Numbered from the stretch's first letter, positions 44,666 through 55,444 are shown. The stretch: 64,000 nt of DNA from Gammaproteobacteria bacterium (GCA_965243395.1 CBDEUS010000002.1:800001-864000), one strand, 5' to 3'. Numbers and translations: made by a program. The notes: generated by a model from the sequence alone, not told the origin.

Positions 44666-46537
44666 TTAGTGAGTAAAATTATTTAACGCAAGATCAACCA
44701 CAGAATGAACCTGAGAGTTGAAAGAATCTAAAGTTGAAGGTGTTAAATACAAGCTGCCATTTTCAGTCCAAGAGTCAGATAATAAATGGCGAGTATTTCT
44801 CTCTATAACTGCTTCTGAATTGCAATTATAAACTACAAGCGAACTTGAATGAGTCCAGTTAGTAATTGACTTAGCAACTCGTACGCTGGCCACATAGTCT
44901 GCTTCATATACATCACAGTGTTCAGAATCTAAACTATTTAAGTCGTCAGAGTCTGTTGGAGGACTAAGCAGTACAAAGTTAGTTTTATAAGCTTGAAAAG
45001 CCGAATCTGCTAGAGCATTTTTATATAAATTTACAATATTGCTGTTGATAATTTTTTTATTATTTGTAGTTTTATGGGGAAGAGTTGGTATATACGCATA
45101 TACGACTACCTTTTTTTCCTTAGGAATAAACTCTTTTTTATAATAACCAGGCTCCGCTAATTTGCTCTGTGGTATTGGGGCACTTTCGTTTTTATCGGGT
45201 TTGCAAAATAACTCCTCTCTAACGGAGCCATTTATGCTTTCTAATGTTTGAGGTTTGACACCTTTGTTAGAGTAAATCGAGCAATTTATTTGATCTTCAT
45301 TGTTTTCAATTGGCGTAGGGTTTGATTCTATTATATCAATAATCTGTTGCCGTACAGGATTATACTCTGCGTATAAATTTTCATAAGTACTTAATGCTTG
45401 ATCAGAGATTACTTTATCGAGTTTAGTAAGTAGATTTTTATTTGCTTCGATTAGAATTCTATTCTTATTTGTATAATTCCTTATTTGTTCATTCTTGATA
45501 TTTAACTCATCCTCTACTAATAGAAATCTTTTTCTTATATCTTCTTGTTGTGCGATAAGTTTTTTATTTTGTGCTTCTAATGTGTTAAGAGTTTCTATTT
45601 GAGATTTGTACTTTAGTGTTAGTTGATTTTGTAAATATTTTTGTGTGTTAAGTTCGTTATTTAAAGCGCTGATCATTTTGTTGAAAGTATCAACACTGTA
45701 GTTCCTGCTATTTCTAGCAGCTAAATTGGATTCATTAACGTTAAACCGGTAAGTATCATTAGTTTTAATTGTTAGTGAATTTTTATTATTAGAAGTCTTA
45801 TCATGGTTATCTTTAGAATTTTGACTGGCTTTTGAGAATATATAATTAGTATTTGTCTTTTCTGTTCCTATATAGAATGCAATAAAAACAACGCAAAATA
45901 TTGAAATTGCATAGGTAAAAATCGGAAGAAATGAACTTTTTAATTTGAATGAAAAGTCAGAAAAAATTTTTATTTTTGTTACTGAATTATTTTGCTTAAG
46001 AGATACGCTATAGATTTTGAGAGATTTGTGAATATTTTTTAAACGATGCTTGCCTTTATAGCAATATTTATAAGGTAATTTGCGGTGAACATGGTTGAAT
46101 AGGGTTTCGGAAAAAATTATTTCTCCTGGTTTTGCAAAAGCTTCTAACCGTTTAGCAATGTTTACACAATTACCAAATGCTTCTCCATTGTCAATTAGCA
46201 CTTCACCACAATTAATACCAATTCTTAATTTAAATTTTTCATTGCTCGAGAGAGTCTCATTGTGTTCAGATGAGATAGATTGAATATCTATCGCGCATTG
46301 AAGTGCATTAGAAGTCGATGTAAATGTTGCAAGAAGACTGTCACCTTCAGTTCTATGGATCACACCACAATGGTGACGAATTATGTTAGATATGAGTGAA
46401 TATCGCGCACATAAATTCGCGTGAGTACGGTCTTCATTTTTTTCTGTCAATCGAGCGTACTCAGCAACATCTGCAAACAGAATCGTTTTTAATTCACGAT
46501 GAGTAGATCCTTGTGGAGCCCCATTCACGTTAATCAT
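44666..46537 (-). CDS. Class III nucleotide cyclase with TM and coiled-coil C-terminal region
   Basis: ILFADV, EGDS, LRIGINCGEV, GNCVNIAKRLE; TM near aa 205-225. Confidence 0.88.
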   Translation of the reverse strand: MINVNGAPQGSTHRELKTILFADVAEYARLTEKNEDRTHANLCARYSLISNIIRHHCGVIHRTEGDSLLATFTSTSNALQCAIDIQSISSEHNETLSSNEKFKLRIGINCGEVLIDNGEAFGNCVNIAKRLEAFAKPGEIIFSETLFNHVHRKLPYKYCYKGKHRLKNIHKSLKIYSVSLKQNNSVTKIKIFSDFSFKLKSSFLPIFTYAISIFCVVFIAFYIGTEKTNTNYIFSKASQNSKDNHDKTSNNKNSLTIKTNDTYRFNVNESNLAARNSRNYSVDTFNKMISALNNELNTQKYLQNQLTLKYKSQIETLNTLEAQNKKLIAQQEDIRKRFLLVEDELNIKNEQIRNYTNKNRILIEANKNLLTKLDKVISDQALSTYENLYAEYNPVRQQIIDIIESNPTPIENNEDQINCSIYSNKGVKPQTLESINGSVREELFCKPDKNESAPIPQSKLAEPGYYKKEFIPKEKKVVVYAYIPTLPHKTTNNKKIINSNIVNLYKNALADSAFQAYKTNFVLLSPPTDSDDLNSLDSEHCDVYEADYVASVRVAKSITNWTHSSSLVVYNCNSEAVIERNTRHLLSDSWTENGSLYLTPSTLDSFNSQVHSVVDLALNNFTH

Positions 46538-46640
46538 TCTCTTTTTGTTCTGTTTATATTATTTGTATCATAGCACTAGGTGCTTGTTTTATATAATTAA
46601 ATTTCTGTTTAGAGCCAATAATATTAGTGCGGAACACTTT

Positions 46641-46681
46641 ATAAACTATTTATATAAATTTTATTTATATAAATAGTTTAT
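46641..46681. repeat. Perfect AT-rich inverted repeat with nested palindromes
   Basis: ATAAACTATTTATATAAAT-TTT-ATTTATATAAATAGTTTAT (19-bp arms). Confidence 0.85.
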
Positions 46682-46931
46682 TTCCATTTATCATATTAAA
46701 TTTGATGGAAGTCATAGTTAAATATCCCTTCGATATGTAATTCATATCTTATCGAATTCGCTTCAATTAAATACCGTTTTCCTCGTTTATACAAAATCAA
46801 GCATCACTAAAATTGTGTAGTAAATATCACAATTGATTCGTATGTATTTTCACTGATGCATATTCTTTATTTCGATTAAATATTTCCACTGCAAACATAA
46901 ACAAACGCGTTAAGCGTTTATTGGAAAGTAC

Positions 46932-47231
46932 GTGGTAAAAATATCTAATAAAATAATTTCTAGCTTATTTGTAAGCGCACTGACTTTTTTATTAATTCAG
47001 CCGACTTCTGCTGAATTACAAACACATTCAGAAAATAAAGTATTAAATATAGAAATTGCATATATATTAAATGGAGAAACTTTTTCTTGTAACGAGGATT
47101 ATTACTCACGCTCAAGATTTGATTATAAGTTTCACTATGTGTCCAGCATGAGATTCACGCTTTCCGACAAAGATTGTTTGCAAAACTTTTCGCGGTCATT
47201 TGAAAAAGAAATCTATGGTTCAAGTGACTAA
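46932..47231 (+). CDS. Small exported hypothetical protein
   Basis: Signal peptide ending PTSA; two Cys; upstream of porin. Confidence 0.5.
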   Translation: MVKISNKIISSLFVSALTFLLIQPTSAELQTHSENKVLNIEIAYILNGETFSCNEDYYSRSRFDYKFHYVSSMRFTLSDKDCLQNFSRSFEKEIYGSSD

Positions 47232-47279
47232 GCAAAGCTTGGGGAAACTAACTTTAAACATAAGTCGGAGAGATAAAAA

Positions 47280-48614
47280 ATGAAGAAAATTGGAATTTTA
47301 TTTGGAGCACTATTTATCATCACTCCTTTAACAGTGACTGCCGGTGTCGGGGGAGGGAATGCAAATTCAAACTGGACGATCTACGGATGGCAAAACTATT
47401 CATGGGAATTCGTTGATAACGACGCGCGAGAATTCGATCGTATTAAGGCGAATGCGGCTAATATAGGATTTGCAGCAACACTAAATACGGGTGTCTCCGT
47501 TGGCGGGACAGCTGTAAAAGCAAATGTCCAGTGTGAGCAATTTACATTTTATAATGAATTTGCAGGTGGAGGTGGTTGGTGTAACCGTAACTCTAAGTTA
47601 AGTCTTTCAGGTCCCTGGGGTGAAGTCGGTTTCGCTATCTGGTTGTTACCATTTAACGAAATGGTCGCACAGTGGGTGGACCCATTCTATGACGCAGGTG
47701 CAGATTCTCACACCTCGATAATGGGTACTCACGGTCTATCCGGTAACTTTTTTAATGGTGGCACATTTGATGACACAACTTTTGGAGGGGACTTCGACTA
47801 TTCAAATTACGCCGACTATGAAACCAGCTTTAACCGACGTCAGGAAAACTTGATTCATTGGTGGAGTCCTAATTGGAATGGTTTCAATGCTCGTTTTGCA
47901 ATTACTGCAGGGTTGCGTGATGAAACAGCGGGTCCAGATGGAGACCTAGATCCACAAATCATCTCAACGGGAATTTCATACACGACTGACATTGGTAATG
48001 ACAACCTCTGGCTTGCATTAACCTATGAAGAGCATGATGAATGGACTGCTGAAGCGAACAACCGTACTGCAGCTTTCGTAGCGGATCCTCCTAATACAGA
48101 TGCTACAGAGCCTGGCGCACAATTATCAGGTGCACCAGCGGATGGTACAGGTAGATGCTCAGACTCCGATGACGATGCTTGGCGTATAGCAGGACGTTAT
48201 ATAAAGGATTGGGGTAACGGACATTCCACTCAAATTTCGGCAATGTATGAGGAACTTTCATGGGAAACCGACTGTGACTTTGAGACTGTGTTCGAAGATC
48301 TTGAAGTGGATCATTGGATGATTTCTGGTAAGCACAACTTTCCGGGTCCATTAGACTTTCGGTTCTCATACATGGATGCAGACGAGTATGACTGCGGTGC
48401 TGGAGCAACCGCATGTGTTGAAGATGACTCTGATGCAATTGCATACAACATTGGTCTCTTCTATACGATGCCTGCTGGCACAGAACTTCGTTTAACCTAT
48501 TCTGAAGTGGACAACGAGGATAATGGTACGTATGACTTTGGTATTAAAGGCGCCGGCAATGCAAGAGGTGAAGACGTCGACATGATTGCACTCGGTATGG
48601 TTCAGTGGTTCTAA
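47280..48614 (+). CDS. Gram-negative outer-membrane porin
   Basis: Signal peptide; TIYG, NIGF, QCEQ, NRNS.L.LSGPWG, SPNWNGF; terminal WF. Confidence 0.88.
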   Translation: MKKIGILFGALFIITPLTVTAGVGGGNANSNWTIYGWQNYSWEFVDNDAREFDRIKANAANIGFAATLNTGVSVGGTAVKANVQCEQFTFYNEFAGGGGWCNRNSKLSLSGPWGEVGFAIWLLPFNEMVAQWVDPFYDAGADSHTSIMGTHGLSGNFFNGGTFDDTTFGGDFDYSNYADYETSFNRRQENLIHWWSPNWNGFNARFAITAGLRDETAGPDGDLDPQIISTGISYTTDIGNDNLWLALTYEEHDEWTAEANNRTAAFVADPPNTDATEPGAQLSGAPADGTGRCSDSDDDAWRIAGRYIKDWGNGHSTQISAMYEELSWETDCDFETVFEDLEVDHWMISGKHNFPGPLDFRFSYMDADEYDCGAGATACVEDDSDAIAYNIGLFYTMPAGTELRLTYSEVDNEDNGTYDFGIKGAGNARGEDVDMIALGMVQWF

Positions 48615-48677
48615 CTAAACTATAGCGTTAAGAATACTCCTCATAATAACTACAATATAGGAATTTACTCGAGCACT

Positions 48678-48708
48678 AACCGGGCTTTATTCAAAGCCCG
48701 GTTTTTTT
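48678..48708 (+). terminator. Rho-independent terminator
   Basis: AACCGGGCTTT-ATTC-AAAGCCCGG followed by T7. Confidence 0.9.
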
Positions 48709-48730
48709 GTGCCCTGAACTCATTTAAAGC

Positions 48731-49876
48731 TTGATAGAATTGCAGTCAATAAAACAAATGACTGTAATGATGAGCAACTATAAAAGCATTTATTTAATTA
48801 TATTTATTCTATCCATCTCGAATGTATCAGCAGTCGAGTTAGAGCTTTACGTGGAAGATATACACCTTCCAGTCCTTGTTACTCATAATGATGAAGGCAC
48901 TAATTTTGTAGTCGAAAAAACAGGTAAAGTGTTTTCTTATGATAAGAATTTCAAAAATAAACAATTATTTTTAGATGCTACATCTATTGTAACTACATGG
49001 GGTAGTGAACAGGGTTTGTTGTCCATTGCATTTCATCCAAAATATTCTAAAAACGGATTTGTATATATTTTTTACACTGCAAAGAATGGTGATAACACAT
49101 TAGCGCGTCTCACGGTTGATCCAGCTAATTCAAAACAAGTTGATTTAAATAGTCTCGAGGTGCTTATTGCCCAAAAAGATCCTGCGTCAAATCATAATGG
49201 AGGTATGCTGACATTTGGTAAGGATGGATATTTATATTTGGGAATCGGTGATGGAGGTCGTGGAGGAGACCCTTGGAATAATGCACAAAATCTAGAAACG
49301 TTTTTAGGGAAAATGTTACGTATAGATGTGGATGATAATTCTGGTTATTCCATTCCCGACGACAACCCATTCGTTGACCAAAAAAATGTTTTACCTGAAA
49401 TTTGGGCATATGGTCTACGCAATCCATGGCGCCATTCCTTTGATCGTGAAACAGGTGATTTATGGATTGCAGATGTTGGTCAAAACAAATGGGAAGAGAT
49501 TCATTGGCAATCTGCTGAAAGTAAAGGTGGAGAAAACTATGGTTGGCGGTTAATGGAAGGTAACCATTGTTTCCAACCAAGAAAAAACTGTGATGATGGT
49601 AATCTGATCAAACCCGTTGCTGAATATTCACATAAACATGGCTGTTCTGTAACGGGTGGATACGTATATCGTGGTCAAGAAATTAAAGAACTATATGGTA
49701 AATATATATTTGGTGATTTTTGTACAGGGACAATTTGGATGATAGATGAAAATAATAGTTTTTTAATACAAGAGTTAATGAAGACTAATATCAAGATCAG
49801 TTCATTTGGCGAAGATATAAAGGGTGAACTTTATGTGTTGGATTACAGTGGCAAAATTTTTAAATTTGTTCCGTAA
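48731..49876 (+). CDS. PQQ-dependent glucose/sorbosone dehydrogenase-family protein
   Basis: EQGLLSIAFHP, NHNGG, GDGG, YGLRNPWR, DVGQNKWEE, SVTGG; true start may be downstream. Confidence 0.88.
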   Translation: MIELQSIKQMTVMMSNYKSIYLIIFILSISNVSAVELELYVEDIHLPVLVTHNDEGTNFVVEKTGKVFSYDKNFKNKQLFLDATSIVTTWGSEQGLLSIAFHPKYSKNGFVYIFYTAKNGDNTLARLTVDPANSKQVDLNSLEVLIAQKDPASNHNGGMLTFGKDGYLYLGIGDGGRGGDPWNNAQNLETFLGKMLRIDVDDNSGYSIPDDNPFVDQKNVLPEIWAYGLRNPWRHSFDRETGDLWIADVGQNKWEEIHWQSAESKGGENYGWRLMEGNHCFQPRKNCDDGNLIKPVAEYSHKHGCSVTGGYVYRGQEIKELYGKYIFGDFCTGTIWMIDENNSFLIQELMKTNIKISSFGEDIKGELYVLDYSGKIFKFVP

Positions 49877-49897
49877 TAGTTAGGTATTAATATACCT

Positions 49898-50383
49898 ATG
49901 GGTCTTTTCAATACAACTTCAGCAACAAAATTGAATGCCGGGATGCCTGCACCGTCTTTCGAGTTAGCAGACCAAACGGGTAAAACTCATAAGCTAAGGG
50001 ATTATTTGGGGAAGTGGGTAGTGCTTTATTTTTATCCCAAAGATGACACCCCAGGCTGCACGAAAGAAGCATGTGCATTCAGAGATGATATTGCTGCTTT
50101 GCAAAGTTTAGATGTACAAGTATTTGGAGTGAGTGTAGACACTGTTAAAAGTCATGCTGAGTTTGCAGAAAAATATAGTTTACAGTTTCCTTTATTAGCA
50201 GACACTGGTGGAGAGTTAGCCAATAGTTATGGTTCTTTAACCAAATTTGGACCGTTGAAACTTGCTAAACGCCATACATTTATTATCGATCCTGAAGGTA
50301 AGTTAGCGAAGATTTATCGTAGTGTGAGCCCAACTTCGCACAGTGATCAAATTATTGCTGATATCAAACAACTGCAAAACTAA
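49898..50383 (+). CDS. bcp: Peroxiredoxin BCP/PrxQ
   Basis: YFYPKDDTPGCTKEAC. Confidence 0.92.
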   Translation: MGLFNTTSATKLNAGMPAPSFELADQTGKTHKLRDYLGKWVVLYFYPKDDTPGCTKEACAFRDDIAALQSLDVQVFGVSVDTVKSHAEFAEKYSLQFPLLADTGGELANSYGSLTKFGPLKLAKRHTFIIDPEGKLAKIYRSVSPTSHSDQIIADIKQLQN

Positions 50384-50422
50384 ACGCTTTCTTTTGTTAT
50401 AATCTCACGTTACAACCTCGCT

Positions 50423-50611
50423 TAAGGTGTCCTTGCCCATAAATCTATAATAATTTTGGGCCAAGGGTGAAACAGGGAAATCTGTGAAAAGCAGATGCTG
50501 CCCCCGCAACGGTGATTGAGTTAGGTAGTTCAAAAAACCACTGTGTTTTCTAACATGGGAAGGTGAAATACCTAGTCTTTAGACAGCTCTTTAGCCCGGA
50601 GACCGGCCTTA
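50423..50611 (+). ncRNA. Cobalamin riboswitch
   Basis: TAAGGT...AAACAGGGAA...GTGAAA...CTGCCCCCGCAACGGT...CCACTG...GGGAAGG...AGCCCGGAGACCGGCCTTA upstream of btuB. Confidence 0.95.
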
Positions 50612-50720
50612 TGTGACTCAGAAAGTTGCGGCGGGCGACTCTGGCTGAAGTTCGCATACACAAGTTTACTTGTGTGCTTCGCAGTGTGTCCGTCATTAAA
50701 AATTAATTAAGGGGCACAAA

Positions 50721-52616
50721 ATGCATTACATAATTCAATTATTAATTCTTATTCTTTTTACTAGTAATGTGGTGGTTGCAGCCGATGATGATGTAGTCAT
50801 TATAAGTGCATCCAGAGTATCAGTTCCTGAGAAAGAAGTCGGTGGTTCTATAACCATTATCAATAGAGAAGAAATAGAAAAAAGTAATGCTTTAACCTTA
50901 GTTGATCTATTGCGTGTTGTGCCGGGAGTTGCAATTAGTCAATCGGGCCCACTTGGTTCACTTACGCAAGTACGTATCAGGGGTGCAGAAGCTAATCATG
51001 TGCTTGTCTTGATTGATGGCGTTGAAGCGAATGACCCGGCCACTGGATCAGAATTCAATTTTGCAAACTTATCTCCCGACAGTATTGATAAAATTGAAGT
51101 TATGCGCGGATCACAAAGCTCGGTATGGGGTAGCGATGCGTTAGCAGGCGTAATCAATATAACAACGCGAACCGGAGGTAGCGATACCTCTTTTACAAGT
51201 ATTGCTGAACTAGGTTCACATGATTTTATTCGAAGTTCAGCATCAGCATCAGGGGGTTCAGACAAATTAAGATTTTACATACAAGGTACATACTTGGATA
51301 CGAGTGGTGAAAATATTTCTGAACAGGGAACTGAAAATGATGGGTATGACCAGTCTGAATTAATATTCAATACTCAATATAGAATTAAACCGGAGTTATC
51401 TTTCGGTTTGAATGCACGCTATATCGACTCTTCTAATGAATTTGATGATGGGACGTTTGGTTCACCCATTGATGCAGATAATAGTTCGGATGTAAATCAA
51501 TTCTATGGATCCTCCTATTTAAAATATTCTTTATTTGAAAATCGCTGGAACCAAAAGCTAAGCTTGAGCCTTACCGATACACGTAATCAAAATCAAGATG
51601 TTTTCGGTAAAAGAAAAACAGAAGGGGAGAGACTGAAGTTTGATTATTTGTCCGAGTTTGTATTGGACACGAAGTTGCTATCTAACGAGCAACATAGGTT
51701 TTTATTTTCTATTGAACAAGAACAAGAACGTTTTAAACAAAGAGGGCCTATTTCATTTGGTGATCCGAATCAAAACCAAGATCTCACAAACATAGGATTC
51801 ACGACAGAATACCGATTAAGTATCTCAGACCAGTTATTTCTCTCGGCTTCTTTGAGGAAAGATGATAATGATGAGTTTGAAGACAGCGATACGGTTCGAT
51901 TTACTGGTGCGTATAATATAGTGAGTACAGGTACAAAATTGCGTGCTTCCTATGCTACGGGGATTAAAAATCCAAGCTTTACCGAAGTATTTGGCTTTTT
52001 TGCCGGATCATTTGTTGGTAATCCGAATTTAAAACCAGAAAAATCTGAGTCCTGGGAGTTGGGTTTCGACCAATCATTATTGGCTGATGCCATGCACTTG
52101 GGCGCGACTTTATTTTGGGAAGACCTAAAAGACGAAATTACTACAGTTTTCTTTCCAGTGAACACAGCCATTAATTTGGATGGCAGAAGTGAACGCAACG
52201 GGATTGAATTTTATTTTGACGCTAAGTTGGGGAGTCAACTCGATATACGAGGGGCGTATACTTATACAGATTCTACGGTACCGGATGCTAATGGTATACA
52301 AGTCCGTGAAATTCGAAGACCCAAAACCGTAGCCAGTTTGCAATTGAATTATAAATCGTTATCTGGAAAAGCAAATTTGAACTCATCATTAAGTTATGTA
52401 GACGAACAAAACGATTTAGATTTTGCTACATTTCCGGCAGGTGAAGTTACGCTAGATGATTATTATTTACTTAATTTAAGCGGATCCTATAACGTGACTG
52501 ATAATTTAAATGTATACATGCGAGTGAATAATTTATTTGATGAATCTTATCAAGATGTATATGGGTTTGAAACGCTTGGGCAAACAGTATATGCAGGGCT
52601 TAAGGTGAAATTGTAA
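50721..52616 (+). CDS. btuB: TonB-dependent cobalamin receptor
   Basis: Plug motifs LRVVPGV, IRGAEANHVLVLIDG, IEVMRG; GNPNLKPE; riboswitch upstream. Confidence 0.9.
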   Translation: MHYIIQLLILILFTSNVVVAADDDVVIISASRVSVPEKEVGGSITIINREEIEKSNALTLVDLLRVVPGVAISQSGPLGSLTQVRIRGAEANHVLVLIDGVEANDPATGSEFNFANLSPDSIDKIEVMRGSQSSVWGSDALAGVINITTRTGGSDTSFTSIAELGSHDFIRSSASASGGSDKLRFYIQGTYLDTSGENISEQGTENDGYDQSELIFNTQYRIKPELSFGLNARYIDSSNEFDDGTFGSPIDADNSSDVNQFYGSSYLKYSLFENRWNQKLSLSLTDTRNQNQDVFGKRKTEGERLKFDYLSEFVLDTKLLSNEQHRFLFSIEQEQERFKQRGPISFGDPNQNQDLTNIGFTTEYRLSISDQLFLSASLRKDDNDEFEDSDTVRFTGAYNIVSTGTKLRASYATGIKNPSFTEVFGFFAGSFVGNPNLKPEKSESWELGFDQSLLADAMHLGATLFWEDLKDEITTVFFPVNTAINLDGRSERNGIEFYFDAKLGSQLDIRGAYTYTDSTVPDANGIQVREIRRPKTVASLQLNYKSLSGKANLNSSLSYVDEQNDLDFATFPAGEVTLDDYYLLNLSGSYNVTDNLNVYMRVNNLFDESYQDVYGFETLGQTVYAGLKVKL

Positions 52617-53155
52617 TGCCAAATCGGTTAACTAAAATATATACCAAGACAGGAGACAAAGGGGATACGGGATTATCTACTGGTTTGCGAGTACGAAAAG
52701 ATTGCCCACAAATTCAAGCAATTGGTGATGTTGATGAACTCAATTCGGTGTTAGGCATGGTTATGACTCATGACATACCGAAAGAAATGCAAGGCATTAT
52801 TGTAGAAATTCAATATCAATTATTTAATTTGGGAGCTGAATTAAATAATGCTGAGTTAAGTTTTATGAATAAAGATATTGTTAATAAACTAGAAAATAAT
52901 ATAGATGAATTTAATCAGTCATTACCACCGTTAAAAAATTTTATTTTACCAGGAGGTGGGCCTGCTGCGGCAACTTGTCATCTCGCGCGTGCTGTATGTC
53001 GCCGGGCTGAACGTAGTGTTGTTATGCTAAATGAAGACAATGAGCTGAATCCGCAGTTGCAAGTTTATTTAAACAGACTGTCAGACTTCCTGTTTGTGGC
53101 ATGTAGAGTGTTCGCAAAACATGCTGGTGAAAAAGAGACGCTATGGTCAAAATAA
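52616..53155 (+). CDS. pduO: PduO-type cob(I)alamin adenosyltransferase
   Basis: KIYTKTGDKG, GDVDELNS, FILPGG, RAVCRRAER, YLNRLSD; TAATG overlap with btuB. Confidence 0.94.
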   Translation: MPNRLTKIYTKTGDKGDTGLSTGLRVRKDCPQIQAIGDVDELNSVLGMVMTHDIPKEMQGIIVEIQYQLFNLGAELNNAELSFMNKDIVNKLENNIDEFNQSLPPLKNFILPGGGPAAATCHLARAVCRRAERSVVMLNEDNELNPQLQVYLNRLSDFLFVACRVFAKHAGEKETLWSK

Positions 53156-53292
53156 ACTCTTACTTAGGCAATAATTGCTAGTATTAATATGGTTTAAGCA
53201 AGGTAAAGTATTGTTTGAGTTAGAATAACAATCTATTCACATAACATATATTCGGGTAGTAAAATAAATGTATCAATACTTGTTTATAAAGC

Positions 53293-54249
53293 ATGAATAG
53301 CAGACAAACTGAAGAAGCAGAAAATCTAACTGTAGCAGTGTTATTTGCTGATATATTTGAATACAGCAAACATACAGAGCTTTATGAAACAGAAACCCAT
53401 CAAAATTTACAAACAGTATTAGAGCGAGCTCGCTCACTCGTTAATAAAAATTCAGGCCATGTTTCTCGAGCACATGGAGATAGCATTTTAGCAACTTTCT
53501 CAAACCCGCTTGATGCAGTTTATTGTGCTGTTGAAATACATGCAGCGACAACACGCCATAATTTTAATATTTTAGAAAAACATCAACTGAAGTTTCGTAT
53601 TGGCATTAATTTTGGCCAAGTAATTTATGATAATGATAATCAGCCATATGGAAATACTGTTAATGTTGCAGCGAGGCTGGAAAAAATGGCCAACCCGGGT
53701 GATACCGTAATTTCAGAACATGTTTATAGTGAGTTAGATGAATCAATTCCTTTTGCTTGCTGCTACTTGGGTAATGCAAAACTAAATAATATCGAAAATT
53801 CAGTAAAGACATTTAAAGTTATACAGCATAAAAGAATAAGCGACCGATGGTTTGATGTGACAAAACGGGTTTTTCAGCTTGAAGCATCTAAAGCTAATGT
53901 TTTTTTTGGTGTAGCGATGACTTTGATGATCGTATCAATATTGACACTTATCACTGCATTAGGTTTATTTAATGTATTTGAAGATAACTATATTGCGATT
54001 AAGACGAGCCCTTATTATGTAGAACCTATCATTGAAGAAGTAGATGTCGAGCACAAGGATAAAAACCGAGCTTACTTATATTTAATTTCGATAGCTGAAG
54101 ACAGCATTATCGATAATGATTTTGAACGAGCACAAGAATATTTAGATAAAGCAATTGCTATTTTTCCCGATAAGTCAGAAGCCTATAAAAAGAAAATTGA
54201 AATACTAGAAATCAAGCAAAAGAATCTAGTTGATTACGATAATATTTAG
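53293..54249 (+). CDS. Class III nucleotide cyclase with TM and TPR-like tail
   Basis: VLFADI, HGDS, FRIGINFG, GNTVNVAARLE. Confidence 0.88.
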   Translation: MNSRQTEEAENLTVAVLFADIFEYSKHTELYETETHQNLQTVLERARSLVNKNSGHVSRAHGDSILATFSNPLDAVYCAVEIHAATTRHNFNILEKHQLKFRIGINFGQVIYDNDNQPYGNTVNVAARLEKMANPGDTVISEHVYSELDESIPFACCYLGNAKLNNIENSVKTFKVIQHKRISDRWFDVTKRVFQLEASKANVFFGVAMTLMIVSILTLITALGLFNVFEDNYIAIKTSPYYVEPIIEEVDVEHKDKNRAYLYLISIAEDSIIDNDFERAQEYLDKAIAIFPDKSEAYKKKIEILEIKQKNLVDYDNI

Positions 54250-55436
54250 CTCGCACGCAAGCCTTTAGAAACAGAAATTTTAGTTGCGTAGTAACAGGGA
54301 TATAACGCACTCAATATTCCTATTGCAATTGAAATGAGTCCTCCCGCCATAAGTAAATTCGGAGTTACTGCAAAAGTAAATGCAACTTGGCTAAAACTTT
54401 GAGGATTAACACTGGAGACTTGTTGCCCATTAAATAACAAGTACGCAATAAGTAAACCAATTGCGCCTCCAATAATGGAAATAATTATCGACTCTAGCAA
54501 AATAGCACCGATGATGGCGCTTGAATTGAAACCTAATGCACGTTGAACCGCAATTTCACGTACTCGACTAACAATTGCATTGTAAGCGGTGACCAAGGCA
54601 GACACGATGGCACCTAAAGCCATTAAAATACCGACTATAATTCCTATTGTTTTGGTGAGACGAGTAAAAAATTCTGATTGTTCGGAATAATATTCTTTTT
54701 CAGATGAAATACGTGTTGTTAAATTTGGATTTGTGTTTAACCAATTTTCTAAGTTTGATCTTGCATTAGGGGATTCGTCTAAAACTATTCTAACAGTTGA
54801 CCAATATTCAGCTCGATTGTATGCGGACATCATAATGGGTGCATCCGCCCAAATTTCAGATTCCGTAATACTTCCTTCAGCCTCCATGATGCCTACTATT
54901 GTCCACTCATTTGTTCCCCAAGTATGAGTGCTGCCAACATCTAAACCTATAAATTGTTTTGCGGCTTGTTTTCCAATAATAACCTCGTTTAAACCTGTCT
55001 TGAACATTCTTCCTTCGATTATTTTTATATTTCCTCGTACATCAAATGCCTGTTGTTTAACTCCACGTAAGGATAAATTGGCGTCTGTTCCAAAAGGTTT
55101 AATGGGTGCATTTATCCATACAAGTGTTTCGGGAGACATGATGGGGCCATTCTCGTTACGTTTAATTCCTTCAGCTTGCTGCATACTTAAATATTCTTCA
55201 GTTGAAAAATATCCCTCTATCTCACTATTTGCGAATCCTCTGAAAACAATCATTAAATTGTCTGATGCTGTATTTTGCATGGTTGAATAAAAGCCTGATG
55301 CTATGGAGAGCAATCCTGTAAAAACTACTACAGTTCCAATCACACCTATTAATGCGGTAAGCGTTGAGGATTTACGGCTAGCGATACTGCGAAGATTGAT
55401 GCTCGTTAAACTTAGTACACAATTAAGTAAATTCAT
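54246..55436 (-). CDS. MacB/FtsX-like ABC permease
   Basis: Four TM plus periplasmic domain; RVREIAVQRALGF. Confidence 0.9.
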   Translation of the reverse strand: MNLLNCVLSLTSINLRSIASRKSSTLTALIGVIGTVVVFTGLLSIASGFYSTMQNTASDNLMIVFRGFANSEIEGYFSTEEYLSMQQAEGIKRNENGPIMSPETLVWINAPIKPFGTDANLSLRGVKQQAFDVRGNIKIIEGRMFKTGLNEVIIGKQAAKQFIGLDVGSTHTWGTNEWTIVGIMEAEGSITESEIWADAPIMMSAYNRAEYWSTVRIVLDESPNARSNLENWLNTNPNLTTRISSEKEYYSEQSEFFTRLTKTIGIIVGILMALGAIVSALVTAYNAIVSRVREIAVQRALGFNSSAIIGAILLESIIISIIGGAIGLLIAYLLFNGQQVSSVNPQSFSQVAFTFAVTPNLLMAGGLISIAIGILSALYPCYYATKISVSKGLRAS

Positions 55437-55444
55437 ATTTAGCC

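Noticed and set aside
43995-46537. Pycsar anti-phage system
   Set aside because: The partner is a standard CRP with a DNA-binding HTH, not a cNMP-TM or cNMP-TIR effector; the cyclase has a sensor-like TM architecture
46811-46834. CRP box AATTGTG...CACAATT upstream of the porin operon
   Set aside because: Half-site spacing is 8 rather than 6; the 6-nt register matches poorly
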